NCBI GenBank assembly: GCA_963820795.1
Contig: CAWGBJ010000014.1
Span: 9,517-73,516, forward strand
Direction of reading: 5' to 3'
Source of the DNA: an uncultured Alphaproteobacteria bacterium
GTDB lineage: Bacteria; Pseudomonadota; Alphaproteobacteria; Rhizobiales; Beijerinckiaceae
DNA: 64,000 nucleotides
Shown here: positions 52,025-62,952 of the stretch, one piece after another
How positions within the stretch are numbered: position 1 is the first letter of the stretch
Layout of the letters: every line of letters starts with the position of its first letter
Program-made: the position numbers and the translations under genes
Notes under the pieces: generated by a model
What the model saw: only the letters and a program-made list of their open reading frames with translations
What the model was told of the DNA's origin: nothing
Database searches by the model: none

Positions 52025-52666
52025 ATGCAGCTGATCGGGATGCTTGATTCTCCTTATGTGCGTCGCATCGCGGTCGCGCTGATCGTCGCCAAGGTTCCGT
52101 TCACTCACCGGCCGATCTCGCTCTTTCGGCACATGCCTGACTTCTCGGAGATTAATCCGCTGCTGAAAGCGCCGACCATGGTCGCCGACGACGGGACCGT
52201 GCTGATGGATTCCGGCGTCATCCTCGACTATCTCGCCGCCGCCTATCCTCGGCTGCAGGCGCTGACGCCGCAGCGCGCCTCTCCGCCGCTCCGCGCGTTC
52301 CGGGCGACCGGGCTCGCCCTGACGGTAATGGAGAAGGCCGTGCAGCGGCACTACGAACGGTTGCTGAGGCCCGCTGAAAATCGGCACCCCCCGTGGATCG
52401 AGCGCGTGGAACGGCAGCTCGAGGCCGGGTTGGCGGCGCTCGAGTCCGAATTGCCGGCAACAGGGTGGATCTCCGGCGAGCTTGGCGTCGCCGACATCAC
52501 CGCGGCTTGCGCTCTCGGTTTTGTGCGGCTCGTTCTTGCGGACATTGTCGATCCGAGCCGGTATCCGAATCTTGGCGAGTTCTGCGCCCGCGCCGAGGAG
52601 CTTCCGGCTTTCCGCGCCGCCCCTGCGGAAGATGGCGTGACCGCGCCGCTTGCGATCGCGGACTGA
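52025..52666 (+). CDS. glutathione S-transferase
   Basis: 213 aa. Thioredoxin-like N-domain (MQLIGMLDSPYVRRIAV...PTMV..DGTVLMDSGVILDYL) plus a helical C-domain. Confidence 0.85.
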   Translation: MQLIGMLDSPYVRRIAVALIVAKVPFTHRPISLFRHMPDFSEINPLLKAPTMVADDGTVLMDSGVILDYLAAAYPRLQALTPQRASPPLRAFRATGLALTVMEKAVQRHYERLLRPAENRHPPWIERVERQLEAGLAALESELPATGWISGELGVADITAACALGFVRLVLADIVDPSRYPNLGEFCARAEELPAFRAAPAEDGVTAPLAIAD

Positions 52667-52731
52667 CGCGGGGATTGTCGAGACCGAAACCTCGTTCGGG
52701 AGATGCAGGATTGAGCATTCGAACCCAAACG

Positions 52732-53709
52732 ATGCGCGCCGTCGTCGCCGCGAGGCCCGGCGGTCCGGACGTGCTTGAAATCGCCATCCGCCCCGTGCCG
52801 GTCCCCGCCGAGGGTCAGATTCTCATCAGGGTCGAGGCCGCTGGCGTCAACCGGCCCGACATCCTGCAGCGCATGGGGCAATATCCCCCGCCGCCCGGCG
52901 CGGGCGACGTGCTGGGGCTGGAAGCGGCCGGCAAAGTGGCGGCGCGCGGTCCGAACGCCGGGCGCTACGCGGAGGGCGCCGCAGTGACGGCGCTCCTTCC
53001 CGGCGGCGGCTACGCCGAATATTGCGTCGTCCACGAGAGCAACGCCCTGCCGGTTCCGGCCGGTCTGACGGCGATCGAAGCCGCGGCGATCCCTGAAACC
53101 TACTTTACTGTCTGGACCAACGTTTTCGATCGCGGCCGGCTGAAAGCCGGGGAGACCTTGCTGGTCCACGGGGGAACCTCGGGCATCGGCACGACCGCAA
53201 TCGCTCTGGCAAAGGCGTTCGGCGCCCGCGTCGTCGCCACAGCGGGCTCGGAAGAAAAGGCCAGGCAATGCGAGCGGCTCGGCGCCGATCTCGGCGTCGA
53301 CTACCGCGCCGAGGACTTTGTCGCCCGGACCCTGACTGCGACGGATGGTCGCGGCGCCGACGTCATTCTCGACATGGTGGGCGGCGACTACGTCGAACGG
53401 AACTACGCCGCCGCGGCGCTCGACGGGCGGATCGTGCAAATCGCCTTCCTCAGTGGCCAGAAGGCGACGATCGACCTGCGGCCGATCATGCATAAGCGTC
53501 TCGTTCACACCGGCTCGACCCTGCGCCCGCGTTCGCCAGCGGAAAAGGCGGTGATCGCCGAGGCGCTAAGGAGCCGCGTGTGGCCCCTCCTCGAAGCAGG
53601 CCGTTTGCGGCCGGTCATCGATTCGGTTTTCCCGCTCGCCGACGCGGCAAAGGCGCATATCCGTATGGAAAGCTCGGCGCATGTCGGCAAGATCGTGCTG
53701 ACGACGTGA
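52732..53709 (+). CDS. qor: NAD(P)H:quinone oxidoreductase (zeta-crystallin / MDR family)
   Basis: MRAVVAARPGGPDVLEI..., EAAGVNRPD, LVHGGTSGIGTTAIALAK. TTG at 52711 is an alternative start. The track ORF (from 52393) is over-extended. Confidence 0.9.
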   Translation: MRAVVAARPGGPDVLEIAIRPVPVPAEGQILIRVEAAGVNRPDILQRMGQYPPPPGAGDVLGLEAAGKVAARGPNAGRYAEGAAVTALLPGGGYAEYCVVHESNALPVPAGLTAIEAAAIPETYFTVWTNVFDRGRLKAGETLLVHGGTSGIGTTAIALAKAFGARVVATAGSEEKARQCERLGADLGVDYRAEDFVARTLTATDGRGADVILDMVGGDYVERNYAAAALDGRIVQIAFLSGQKATIDLRPIMHKRLVHTGSTLRPRSPAEKAVIAEALRSRVWPLLEAGRLRPVIDSVFPLADAAKAHIRMESSAHVGKIVLTT

Positions 53710-53804
53710 GCGCCGCGCTTACGGCTTGAAAAGCCGGCGGCGACGCCTCATCTTTCGGCGAGGCGACAGGCGAATCGGTCCTGTCGCCCGTAAGGAAAGC
53801 GCCG

Positions 53805-54212
53805 CTGACACTCACGTCTCATTCCGACGCGGGCCCTGGCCCCCGCACGCCGCTCGCAGGCGCCGCACCCTCGGCGTCCCTCTCGCAAACCATCGTCGAC
53901 GGGCTTGAAGACGCCAAGGCCGAAGACATCGTCTCCATCGAGCTTTCGGGCAAAACGACGCTCGCGGACTGGATGATCATCGCCACCGGCCGCTCGACCA
54001 CCCACGTCGGCGCGATCGCCGACAGGGTCATCAGGGCGTGCCGAGACGCAGGTTATCCGACCCCAAAGGCCGAGGGACTGCGGGTCTGCGACTGGGTGCT
54101 GCTCGATGCGCAGAACGCAATTGTGCATATTTTCCGTCCCGACGTGCGCCAGTTCTACAATCTCGAGAAGATGTGGAGCGCCGACCGCCCGGGAGAAGGG
54201 CAAAAGCGCTAA
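53805..54212 (+). CDS. rsfS: ribosomal silencing factor RsfS (iojap family); start codon unresolved
   Basis: Conserved core LSQTIVDGLEDAKAEDIVSIELSGKTTLADWMIIATGRSTTHVGAIADRV...DWVLLDAQNAIVHIFRPDVRQFYNLEKMW. The first in-frame ATG (53973) falls in the middle of the domain. There is no ATG, GTG or TTG between the upstream stop (53727) and 53973. CTG at 53805 follows AAGGAAAG and is my tentative start. Confidence 0.75.
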   Translation: MTLTSHSDAGPGPRTPLAGAAPSASLSQTIVDGLEDAKAEDIVSIELSGKTTLADWMIIATGRSTTHVGAIADRVIRACRDAGYPTPKAEGLRVCDWVLLDAQNAIVHIFRPDVRQFYNLEKMWSADRPGEGQKR

Positions 54213-54231
54213 AGACGAAGGCGCGCCGGCG

Positions 54232-54714
54232 GTGCGGCTCGCCCTCGTCTGCGTCGGACGGCTGAAGGCCGGACCGGAACGCGAGCTGTTCGATCGCTAT
54301 TTCAAACGAACGAGCGAGAGCGCCCGAGGCGTCGGGATTTCCGGCGTCGATCTGCGCGAAATCGACGAATCGCGCGCGCGGCGGCCGGAAGACCGGCGCG
54401 AGGAGGAGGCCGCGGCGATCGCCGCCGCCCTGCCGGCCGGCGCCTTCGTGGTCGCGCTCGACGAGCGGGGACAGTCTCCGACCAGCGAGGAATGGGCCGC
54501 CGAGATCCGCCGGGCCCGCGACGCGTCGCGCGCCGCCTTCGCTGTCGTTATCGGCGGCCCGGACGGCCTTTCCGGGTCGTTTCGCGACAAGGCCAATCGG
54601 GTCGTCGGTTTCGGGGCGGTGACGTGGCCGCATCAGCTTGTGCGCGTGATGGCAGGCGAGCAGCTCTATCGTGCGATGTCGATTCTTGCTGGCCATCCCT
54701 ATCACCGCGCATGA
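54232..54714 (+). CDS. rlmH: 23S rRNA (pseudouridine1915-N3)-methyltransferase
   Basis: GTG at 54232 gives VRLALVCVGRLKAGPERELFDRY.... C-terminal SPOUT knot VIGGPDGL...FGAVTWPHQLVRVMAGEQLYRA. Follows rsfS, as is usual. Confidence 0.9.
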   Translation: MRLALVCVGRLKAGPERELFDRYFKRTSESARGVGISGVDLREIDESRARRPEDRREEEAAAIAAALPAGAFVVALDERGQSPTSEEWAAEIRRARDASRAAFAVVIGGPDGLSGSFRDKANRVVGFGAVTWPHQLVRVMAGEQLYRAMSILAGHPYHRA

Positions 54715-54738
54715 CCGCCGCGATATTGGCTAGATTTG

Positions 54739-56094
54739 ATGATCTTGGACCCCGCGATGCGGATGAGGCTGTACGAGGGTAAGCGATTCGGGCTCGGCGC
54801 AGCCGCGCTCGGCGCAGCGTTCGGCTGGCCTCTGGACGCGCGCGCCGATCCGGCGACGCCCGCTCCCGCTCCTACCGAACAGCAGCGGGCGGAAAAGGAA
54901 ACCGAACTGCGGGGCGTCGAGGATACGATGCGCGCGTCCGACGAACAGCGTCGGGCGATCGAAGCTCAAATCGAATCGATCCGCGCCGACCGTGCGAGAC
55001 TGTCCGCGGCGCTGATCGAGACGACCGCGAAGGTGCAGGAGGCGGAGCGCGGCGTCGCTGCAGCCGATGACCGGTTGACCAGCCTCAACGACAAGGCGGA
55101 TCGTCTTGTTCGCTCGCTCGAGAGTCGCCGCGACCAGATCGCCACCGTCTTGGCGGCGCTTCAGCGCATGGGGACCCATCCGCCGCCCGCGATCCTGGTC
55201 AAGCCGCAGGATATGGCGGAGGCGATCCGGGCTGCTTCCATCCTCGGCTCGTTGATCGTCAATCTCAGATCCGAGACCGAGGCCTTGTCGAAAGACATCG
55301 ACGATCTTGGCAAGACCCGCCAGTCGATCGCCCGTGAACGCGAGGTCCTGGCGCGAACGAGCGCCTCGCTGGCGCTCGAGAAAGCGCGCCTATCCGCGCT
55401 CATCGAGGCGCGCCAGAAGTCGCTGTCCTCAGCCGAGGAAGCGCTCGGTTCGCAGCAGAAGCGCGCTGCCGACCTCGCCAGACAGGCGACTTCGCTGAAA
55501 GATCTGATGGCGAAGCTCGATGCCGAGGAGACGCAGCGCAAGGCGGCGGCGGATGCGGCGCACATCGTCGCCGAACAGACAGCGCGCGAGATCGAGGCGA
55601 AAGCCGAGGCCCCGCGCGGAGGGGAACCAGCGCGTCTGAAACCCGAAGTCGCCTTCGCCGACATCAAGGGCCGCGTCCCTCTCCCGGTCGCAGGCGCGAT
55701 CCTCAAGACATTCGGTGCGTCCGACGGGTTCGGAGGAACGGAGCATGGCGTGTCGGTGGCGACTCTCGCCGGCGCTGTGGTTTCCGCGCCGGCCGACGGA
55801 TCGGTGCTCTTTTCTGGTCCGTACCGGACCTACGGACAACTCTTGATCATCAACGCGGGCGGGGGCTATTATGTCCTGCTAGCCGGAATGGATCGTATCA
55901 ATGTAGTGCCTGGCGAGTTCGTTCTGACCGGAGAACCCGTCGGCGCTATGGGCGACGGGTCGAGACGAATGGCGACGGCGGCCGCAGTGGGCGCCGCGCA
56001 GCCGGTTCTCTATATAGAACTGCGGAAGGACGGAACGGCCATCGACCCGGGGCCCTGGTGGGCAAAGTCAGACATGGAAAAGGCGCGCGGATGA
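54739..56094 (+). CDS. EnvC-like murein hydrolase activator (coiled coil + degenerate LytM/M23 domain)
   Basis: Signal peptide, roughly 250 aa of heptad-rich sequence (QRAIEAQIESIRADRARLSAALIETTAKVQEAE...), and a C-terminal M23 fold (GRVPLPVAG...GVSVATLAGAVVSAPADGSVLFSGPYRTYGQLLIINAGGGYYVLLAGM). The fold lacks the HxH metal ligands, as in EnvC-type activators. Start is uncertain (TTG 54736, ATG 54739, ATG 54757). Confidence 0.85.
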   Translation: MILDPAMRMRLYEGKRFGLGAAALGAAFGWPLDARADPATPAPAPTEQQRAEKETELRGVEDTMRASDEQRRAIEAQIESIRADRARLSAALIETTAKVQEAERGVAAADDRLTSLNDKADRLVRSLESRRDQIATVLAALQRMGTHPPPAILVKPQDMAEAIRAASILGSLIVNLRSETEALSKDIDDLGKTRQSIAREREVLARTSASLALEKARLSALIEARQKSLSSAEEALGSQQKRAADLARQATSLKDLMAKLDAEETQRKAAADAAHIVAEQTAREIEAKAEAPRGGEPARLKPEVAFADIKGRVPLPVAGAILKTFGASDGFGGTEHGVSVATLAGAVVSAPADGSVLFSGPYRTYGQLLIINAGGGYYVLLAGMDRINVVPGEFVLTGEPVGAMGDGSRRMATAAAVGAAQPVLYIELRKDGTAIDPGPWWAKSDMEKARG

Positions 56095-56118
56095 ATTCGG
56101 AAATATGGTTACCTCGGA

Positions 56119-57492
56119 TTGGGCGTGGTGCTCGGAGCAGCCGCGACCGTGTCGGCGCCGCAAGCGCTTTCCTTTGTCAGCCCTGCCGCCTATGCGGCGG
56201 CGGCTGATACCTACCGCCAGCTCAACCTGTTCGGCGACGTGTTTGACAAGATCCGCAACGACTATGTCGAGAAGCCTGACGAATCCAAGCTGATCGAAGC
56301 CGCCATCAACGGCATGCTCTCGTCGCTCGACCCGCACTCGAGCTACATGGACGCCAAGGCCTTCAAGGACATGCAGGTCCAGACGAAAGGCGAGTTCGGC
56401 GGCCTCGGCATCGAGGTGACCGAAGAAGACGGGCTTATCAAGGTCGTCACCCCGATCGACGATACGCCTGCGGCGAAGGCCGGCATCCGGTCGGGCGACG
56501 TTATCACGGCGATTGACGACAACTCGACCCAGGGTCTGACGCTCGACCAGGCAGTCGAAAAGATGCGCGGCACGATCAACTCGCCCGTCAAGCTCAAGGT
56601 CGTTCGCGGCCCGAAAAAGGAGGTCAAGGAGTTCACCCTCGTTCGCGACCTGATCCGGGTCCAGTCGGTTCGCTCTCACGTCGAGGACGGCGACGTCGGC
56701 TACATCCGTATCACCCAGTTCACCGAGCAGACGGCCGACGGCCTGAAGGCGGCGATGGAGAAACTCCATTCGGAAATCCCCGCAGACAAGTTCAAGGGCT
56801 ACATCCTCGATTTGCGCAACAACCCCGGCGGTCTGCTCGACCAGTCGATCGACGTCGTCAATTCCTTCGTCGACAAGGGCGAGATCGTATCGACCCGCGG
56901 CCGGACGCCGGACGAGACCCAGCGGTTCGACGCGCGACCGGGCGGCGACCTCTCCGGCGGCAAGCCGCTCGTGGTGCTGATCAACGGCGGTTCGGCCTCG
57001 GCGTCGGAAATCGTCTCCGGCGCGCTGCAGGATCACAAGCGCGCGACGCTGATCGGCTCCCGGTCGTTCGGCAAGGGCTCGGTTCAGACGATCATGCCTC
57101 TGGGCCAGGACGGCGCGCTCCGGCTGACGACGGCGCGCTACTACACGCCCTCGGGACGGTCGATCCAGGCCAAGGGCATCGAGCCCGACTACAAGGTGCT
57201 CGAGGACGTGCCCGACGATCTCAAGGGCAAGGAAGACATGAAGGGCGAGGCGGCGCTTAAGGGCCATCTGACGAACGGCGTCGAGGACACTTCCGGTTCG
57301 CAGGCCTATGTCCCGCCGGACGAGAAGGACGACAAGCAATTGACCGCCGCGCTCAACCTTCTCGAGCATGGGGTCAAGCCGACCGAGACTACCTCGGCCG
57401 CGGCGGAACCGGCTCCGACCAAGACCAATTCGGCGAAGAGCGAAGCCGCCCCGGCGGCAAGCGCGCCTGCGGATGCGGCGAAGCCTAATTGA
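56119..57492 (+). CDS. ctpA: carboxy-terminal processing protease (S41A), copy 1
   Basis: PDZ domain (GGLGIEV...DTPAAKAGIRSGDVI), catalytic Ser in NGGSASASEI and Lys in RSFGKGSVQ. TTG start at 56119. The hydrophobic N-terminus continues in frame to an ATT at 56095, so the start is uncertain. Confidence 0.9.
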   Translation: MGVVLGAAATVSAPQALSFVSPAAYAAAADTYRQLNLFGDVFDKIRNDYVEKPDESKLIEAAINGMLSSLDPHSSYMDAKAFKDMQVQTKGEFGGLGIEVTEEDGLIKVVTPIDDTPAAKAGIRSGDVITAIDDNSTQGLTLDQAVEKMRGTINSPVKLKVVRGPKKEVKEFTLVRDLIRVQSVRSHVEDGDVGYIRITQFTEQTADGLKAAMEKLHSEIPADKFKGYILDLRNNPGGLLDQSIDVVNSFVDKGEIVSTRGRTPDETQRFDARPGGDLSGGKPLVVLINGGSASASEIVSGALQDHKRATLIGSRSFGKGSVQTIMPLGQDGALRLTTARYYTPSGRSIQAKGIEPDYKVLEDVPDDLKGKEDMKGEAALKGHLTNGVEDTSGSQAYVPPDEKDDKQLTAALNLLEHGVKPTETTSAAAEPAPTKTNSAKSEAAPAASAPADAAKPN

Positions 57493-57520
57493 TGTCGCGA
57501 ACCGAGGTCAAAGTCGTCCA

Positions 57521-58828
57521 ATGACCAAGGGTCTCCCCTTCCTCGCCCTCGGATTGGCTGCGGGCGTGGCGCTCGCCGGTATCTCCGAGGGCGCGCTTCA
57601 GGCCGCGGCGGTCGGCACCGACCGCCTCGCCCTTTTCAACGAAGTCTTCAACAAGGTCCGCGACAATTACGCCGAGAAGCCGGACGACGCCAAGCTGATC
57701 AAGGCGGCGATCGACGGCATGCTCGCCTCGCTCGACCCGCATTCGACGTATTTCGACCCCAAGGCCCTGCAGGACTTCCAGTCCAGCATGAAGGGCGAAG
57801 AGTTCGGCGGCCTCGGGCTCGAGGTCATGATGGAGGACGGCCTCGTCAAGGTAGTAAGCCCGATCGACGATACGCCGGCGGCGCGCGCTGGCCTGCGGTC
57901 GGGCGATCTCGTCGTCCAGATCGACGGCAATCCGGTCAAGGGCCTGACGCTCAAAGAAGCCGTCGACAAGATGCGTGGCCCGGCCAAGTCGAGCGTTCGG
58001 CTGACCGTGCTGCGCGGCGCCGACAAGAACGTGAGGGAATTCACGATCGTTCGCGAAATCATTCACGTCCTGTCCGTCCGCTCGCATCTCGAGAGCGGCG
58101 ACATCGGCTACATTCGCATCACCCAGTTCAACCAAGAAGCCTATGACGGTGTGCGCAAGGCCTTCGATCACTTCCGCGCCGATCCGGGCTCCAGCAAAAT
58201 CAAGGGCTACATTCTCGATCTGCGCAACAACCCCGGCGGTCTGCTCAATCAGGCGGTCGAGATCACCAACGCTTTCGTCGACAGCGGCCAGATCGTCTCG
58301 ACGCGCGGCCGCACCGCCGAGCAGGAGCAGCACTACAGCGCCCGGCCGGGCGTCAATCTCTCGCAGGACAAGCCCCTCGTCGTACTGATCAACGGCGGGT
58401 CGGCGTCGGCCTCGGAGATCGTCTCGGGCGCGCTGCAGGACCTGAAGCGCGCGACGCTGATCGGCACACGCTCCTTCGGCAAGGGCTCGGTGCAGACGAT
58501 CCTGCCGCTCGGCGAGAACGGCGCCCTCAAGCTGACCACGGCCCGGTACTACACGCCGTCCGGCCGGTCGATCCAGGCGAAGGGAATCGACCCCGACATC
58601 ATCGTGCTGGAGAACATCCCCGACGATCTGAAAGGCAAGGTGTCCAGCCTCGGCGAGGCCTCGCTGTTCGGCCATTTGAAGAACGGGCCCGAGGAGGAGA
58701 AGGGCTCGGACGCCTATGTGCCGCCGGAGGAGGACAAGGACACGCAGCTCGAGGCCGCGGTCAAGCTGCTTCACGGCGCCAGTCCTGCATCGCTGAAGAG
58801 CCCGGGCGCGACGGTGACGTCGGAGTGA
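57521..58828 (+). CDS. carboxy-terminal processing protease (S41A), copy 2 (tandem paralogue)
   Basis: ATG at 57521 gives MTKGLPFLALGLAAGVALAG. Collinear with copy 1, with most positions identical or conservative by eye. NGGSASASEI and RSFGKGSVQ are both retained. Confidence 0.9.
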   Translation: MTKGLPFLALGLAAGVALAGISEGALQAAAVGTDRLALFNEVFNKVRDNYAEKPDDAKLIKAAIDGMLASLDPHSTYFDPKALQDFQSSMKGEEFGGLGLEVMMEDGLVKVVSPIDDTPAARAGLRSGDLVVQIDGNPVKGLTLKEAVDKMRGPAKSSVRLTVLRGADKNVREFTIVREIIHVLSVRSHLESGDIGYIRITQFNQEAYDGVRKAFDHFRADPGSSKIKGYILDLRNNPGGLLNQAVEITNAFVDSGQIVSTRGRTAEQEQHYSARPGVNLSQDKPLVVLINGGSASASEIVSGALQDLKRATLIGTRSFGKGSVQTILPLGENGALKLTTARYYTPSGRSIQAKGIDPDIIVLENIPDDLKGKVSSLGEASLFGHLKNGPEEEKGSDAYVPPEEDKDTQLEAAVKLLHGASPASLKSPGATVTSE

Positions 58829-59328
58829 GGCTGGCGGGCTGGCTTCTGGCGGCGGCGCTAGCCATCGGGCCCGGTTTCGCCGCCGCCGAGGAACCTACCG
58901 GTTGCTCCGCGCTCAAGTGGCCGCTCGACCACGAACGCGCCGCGCTGGCGGGCGTCAACAAGCCGGCAATCGAGAACGGCGGCGGGCTCGCCTACGATGT
59001 AGCGGCGACGCTGAAGCTTGCGCCCCTGGCGGCCGCCGGGCTTCCCGTGGCGCCGGAGCGGGCGCCGAAATTCTCGCCGTCCAACGCCGGGCATTTCGCG
59101 CTCGGCGCCCCAGCCAGGCCCGGCGTCTATAAAATCACGATCGCCTCGGAGGCGTGGATCGACGTCGTCGACGGCGGCCAGTACCTGCATCCGAAGGCCT
59201 TTTCCGGCGTGCTCGGCTGCGAGGGGGCGCGCAAGAGCGTCAAGTTCGAGCTTCCGGCGCGGCCGGTCGATCTTCAGTTCAGCGGCGTCAGGGCCGGCGA
59301 GATCGCGGCGATCGTCTCGCCGGAATAG
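58825..59328 (+). CDS. small periplasmic protein of unknown function
   Basis: GTG overlaps the ctpA-2 stop (GTGA). Signal peptide MRLAGWLLAAALAIGPGFAAA. 167 aa with two Cys. No family recognised. Confidence 0.55.
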   Translation: MRLAGWLLAAALAIGPGFAAAEEPTGCSALKWPLDHERAALAGVNKPAIENGGGLAYDVAATLKLAPLAAAGLPVAPERAPKFSPSNAGHFALGAPARPGVYKITIASEAWIDVVDGGQYLHPKAFSGVLGCEGARKSVKFELPARPVDLQFSGVRAGEIAAIVSPE

Positions 59329-59335
59329 GCGCTAA

Positions 59336-59905
59336 TTAGTCCTTCGCCCGCTCGACGTAGCTGCCGTCCTCGGTCTGGATCACGATGCGCGTGCCCGGCG
59401 AGATGTGTGGCGGCACCATCGCCCGGGCGCCGTTCGAAAGCTTCGCGGGCTTATAGGACGAGGACGCCGTCTGTCCCTTCATCGCCGGCTCCGTCTCAGT
59501 CACCTCGAGGGTGACCCGCGGCGGCAACTGGATAGCGACCGGCGTCTCGTTGAAGATCGACAGGATGACCTTCATGCCCTCCTGCAGCCATTGCGCCTGG
59601 TCGCCGATCACCTCCGCCGGAACGGCGATCTGGTCGAAAGTGTCGGCGTTCATGAAATGGTGTCCGTCGCCGTCGCCGTAGAGATAGTCGAAATTCTTGT
59701 CCTCGACGAAAGCGCGCTCGACCTGCTCGGTCGTCTTGAAACGATCCGTCACCTTGACGCCGTCGGAAAGGCGGCGCATGTCGATCTGCGTCGTCGGCGT
59801 GCCCTTGCCCGGATGGAAGCTTTCAGCCGACAGAACGACGCAAAGCTGGCCGTCGTCGCGCTCGATGATGTTGCCCTTGCGAATCGAGCTGGCGATCACT
59901 CTCAC
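59336..59905 (-). CDS. efp: translation elongation factor P
   Basis: GTG at 59905 gives (M)[44 protein letters not shown]..., full-length EF-P ending GSYVERAKD. The modification-loop residue is Lys (PGKG). Confidence 0.95.
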   Translation of the reverse strand: MRVIASSIRKGNIIERDDGQLCVVLSAESFHPGKGTPTTQIDMRRLSDGVKVTDRFKTTEQVERAFVEDKNFDYLYGDGDGHHFMNADTFDQIAVPAEVIGDQAQWLQEGMKVILSIFNETPVAIQLPPRVTLEVTETEPAMKGQTASSSYKPAKLSNGARAMVPPHISPGTRIVIQTEDGSYVERAKD

Positions 59906-60074
59906 GGGTCCTGGTCCCTCGGAATTGGCGCGCACCGGTCGCCGCGCTGAGGCGCGAAATCGAAGCGGCGCATTGGCGATTGATCTGCGCTATATAGCGA
60001 ATCCCGCGGCAAAGGCCAGCGGGCATCCGCATTCACTCGCCCTTGCACCCATTATTGCCGTTCCCGAGACCCGC

Positions 60075-61133
60075 TTGACTTCGTCTGCCCCGTTCTGGAA
60101 CCCCGACCGTCACGCCAGCCGTCGCCATCGCCTTCTCGCGCGAGCAAGGATCGCCGATTTCGTCCGCCGCTGGTTCAAGGCCAGGGACTTCATCGAGGTC
60201 GACCCGGCAGCGCTGCAGGCCTCGCCCGGCAACGAGACCCATCTGCACGGCTTTCAGACCACGCTCATGCGGCCGGACGGTTCGGCGGCGTCCCTCTACC
60301 TGCAGACCTCGCCGGAATTTGCGATGAAGAAGCTCATCGCGGCCGGCGAGACCCGGATCTTCGCGCTGACCCATGTGTTCCGCAACCGGGAGCGCACCGC
60401 GCTGCACGCCCCCGAATTTGCGATGCTCGAGTGGTATCGTACGGACGCGCCGCTCGCGCGGCTGATGGACGACTGCGCCGCGCTCGTCGCGCTCGCCGCC
60501 CACGCGGCCGGGGCGAAGACCTTCGCCTTTCGCGGCCGGGAGGCGAGCCCCTTCGAGCCTCCCGAACGCATGAGCGTGCGCGAAGCGTTCCTCCGCTGCG
60601 CGGACATCGACCTCTTCGACTCCCTTCCGCCCGGCGCTGCCCCCGACTCGCCCCGGCTCGCCCAGCTCGCGCAGGCCGCGGGGCTGAGAGTAGCGAGCGA
60701 CGACACATGGTCGGACCTCTTCAGCCGCCTCCTCAGCGAGCGCGTCGAGCCCTGTCTCGGGATCGGGCGGCCGACGATCCTGCATTCCTATCCGGCGAGC
60801 GAAGCGGCGCTGGCCCGCTTGAACGCCGACGACCCACGCGTGGCGGAACGCTTCGAGCTCTACTGTTGCGGCGTCGAGCTCGCCAACGCCTTCCGCGAGC
60901 TGGTCGACCCGGGCGAGCAGCGGCGGCGGTTCGCCGCCGACATGGCCGAGCAACAGCGGATCTACGGCTTGTCCCACCCGATCGACGAGGATTTCCTCGC
61001 CGCGCTCGCCGCAATGCCCGAAGCAAGCGGCGCCGCACTGGGCTTCGACCGTCTGGTCATGCTGGCGACCGGGGCGGAACGGGTCGAGGACGTGCAGTGG
61101 ACTCCGGTCGTCGATCCGGAGGCGGGGGCGTGA
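60075..61133 (+). CDS. epmA: EF-P lysine aminoacylase (GenX/PoxA, truncated class II LysRS paralogue)
   Basis: TTG at 60075 gives (M)TSSAPFWNPDRHASRRHRLLARARIADFVRRWFKARDFIEVD. Class II motifs FRNRERTALHAPEFAMLEWY and ELANAFREL...GAALGFDRLVM. Divergent from efp. Confidence 0.85.
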   Translation: MTSSAPFWNPDRHASRRHRLLARARIADFVRRWFKARDFIEVDPAALQASPGNETHLHGFQTTLMRPDGSAASLYLQTSPEFAMKKLIAAGETRIFALTHVFRNRERTALHAPEFAMLEWYRTDAPLARLMDDCAALVALAAHAAGAKTFAFRGREASPFEPPERMSVREAFLRCADIDLFDSLPPGAAPDSPRLAQLAQAAGLRVASDDTWSDLFSRLLSERVEPCLGIGRPTILHSYPASEAALARLNADDPRVAERFELYCCGVELANAFRELVDPGEQRRRFAADMAEQQRIYGLSHPIDEDFLAALAAMPEASGAALGFDRLVMLATGAERVEDVQWTPVVDPEAGA

Positions 61134-61150
61134 GCCCCGACTCGCCCTTG

Positions 61151-62944
<1,794 letters not shown>

Positions 62945-62952
62945 ATTGCCGC

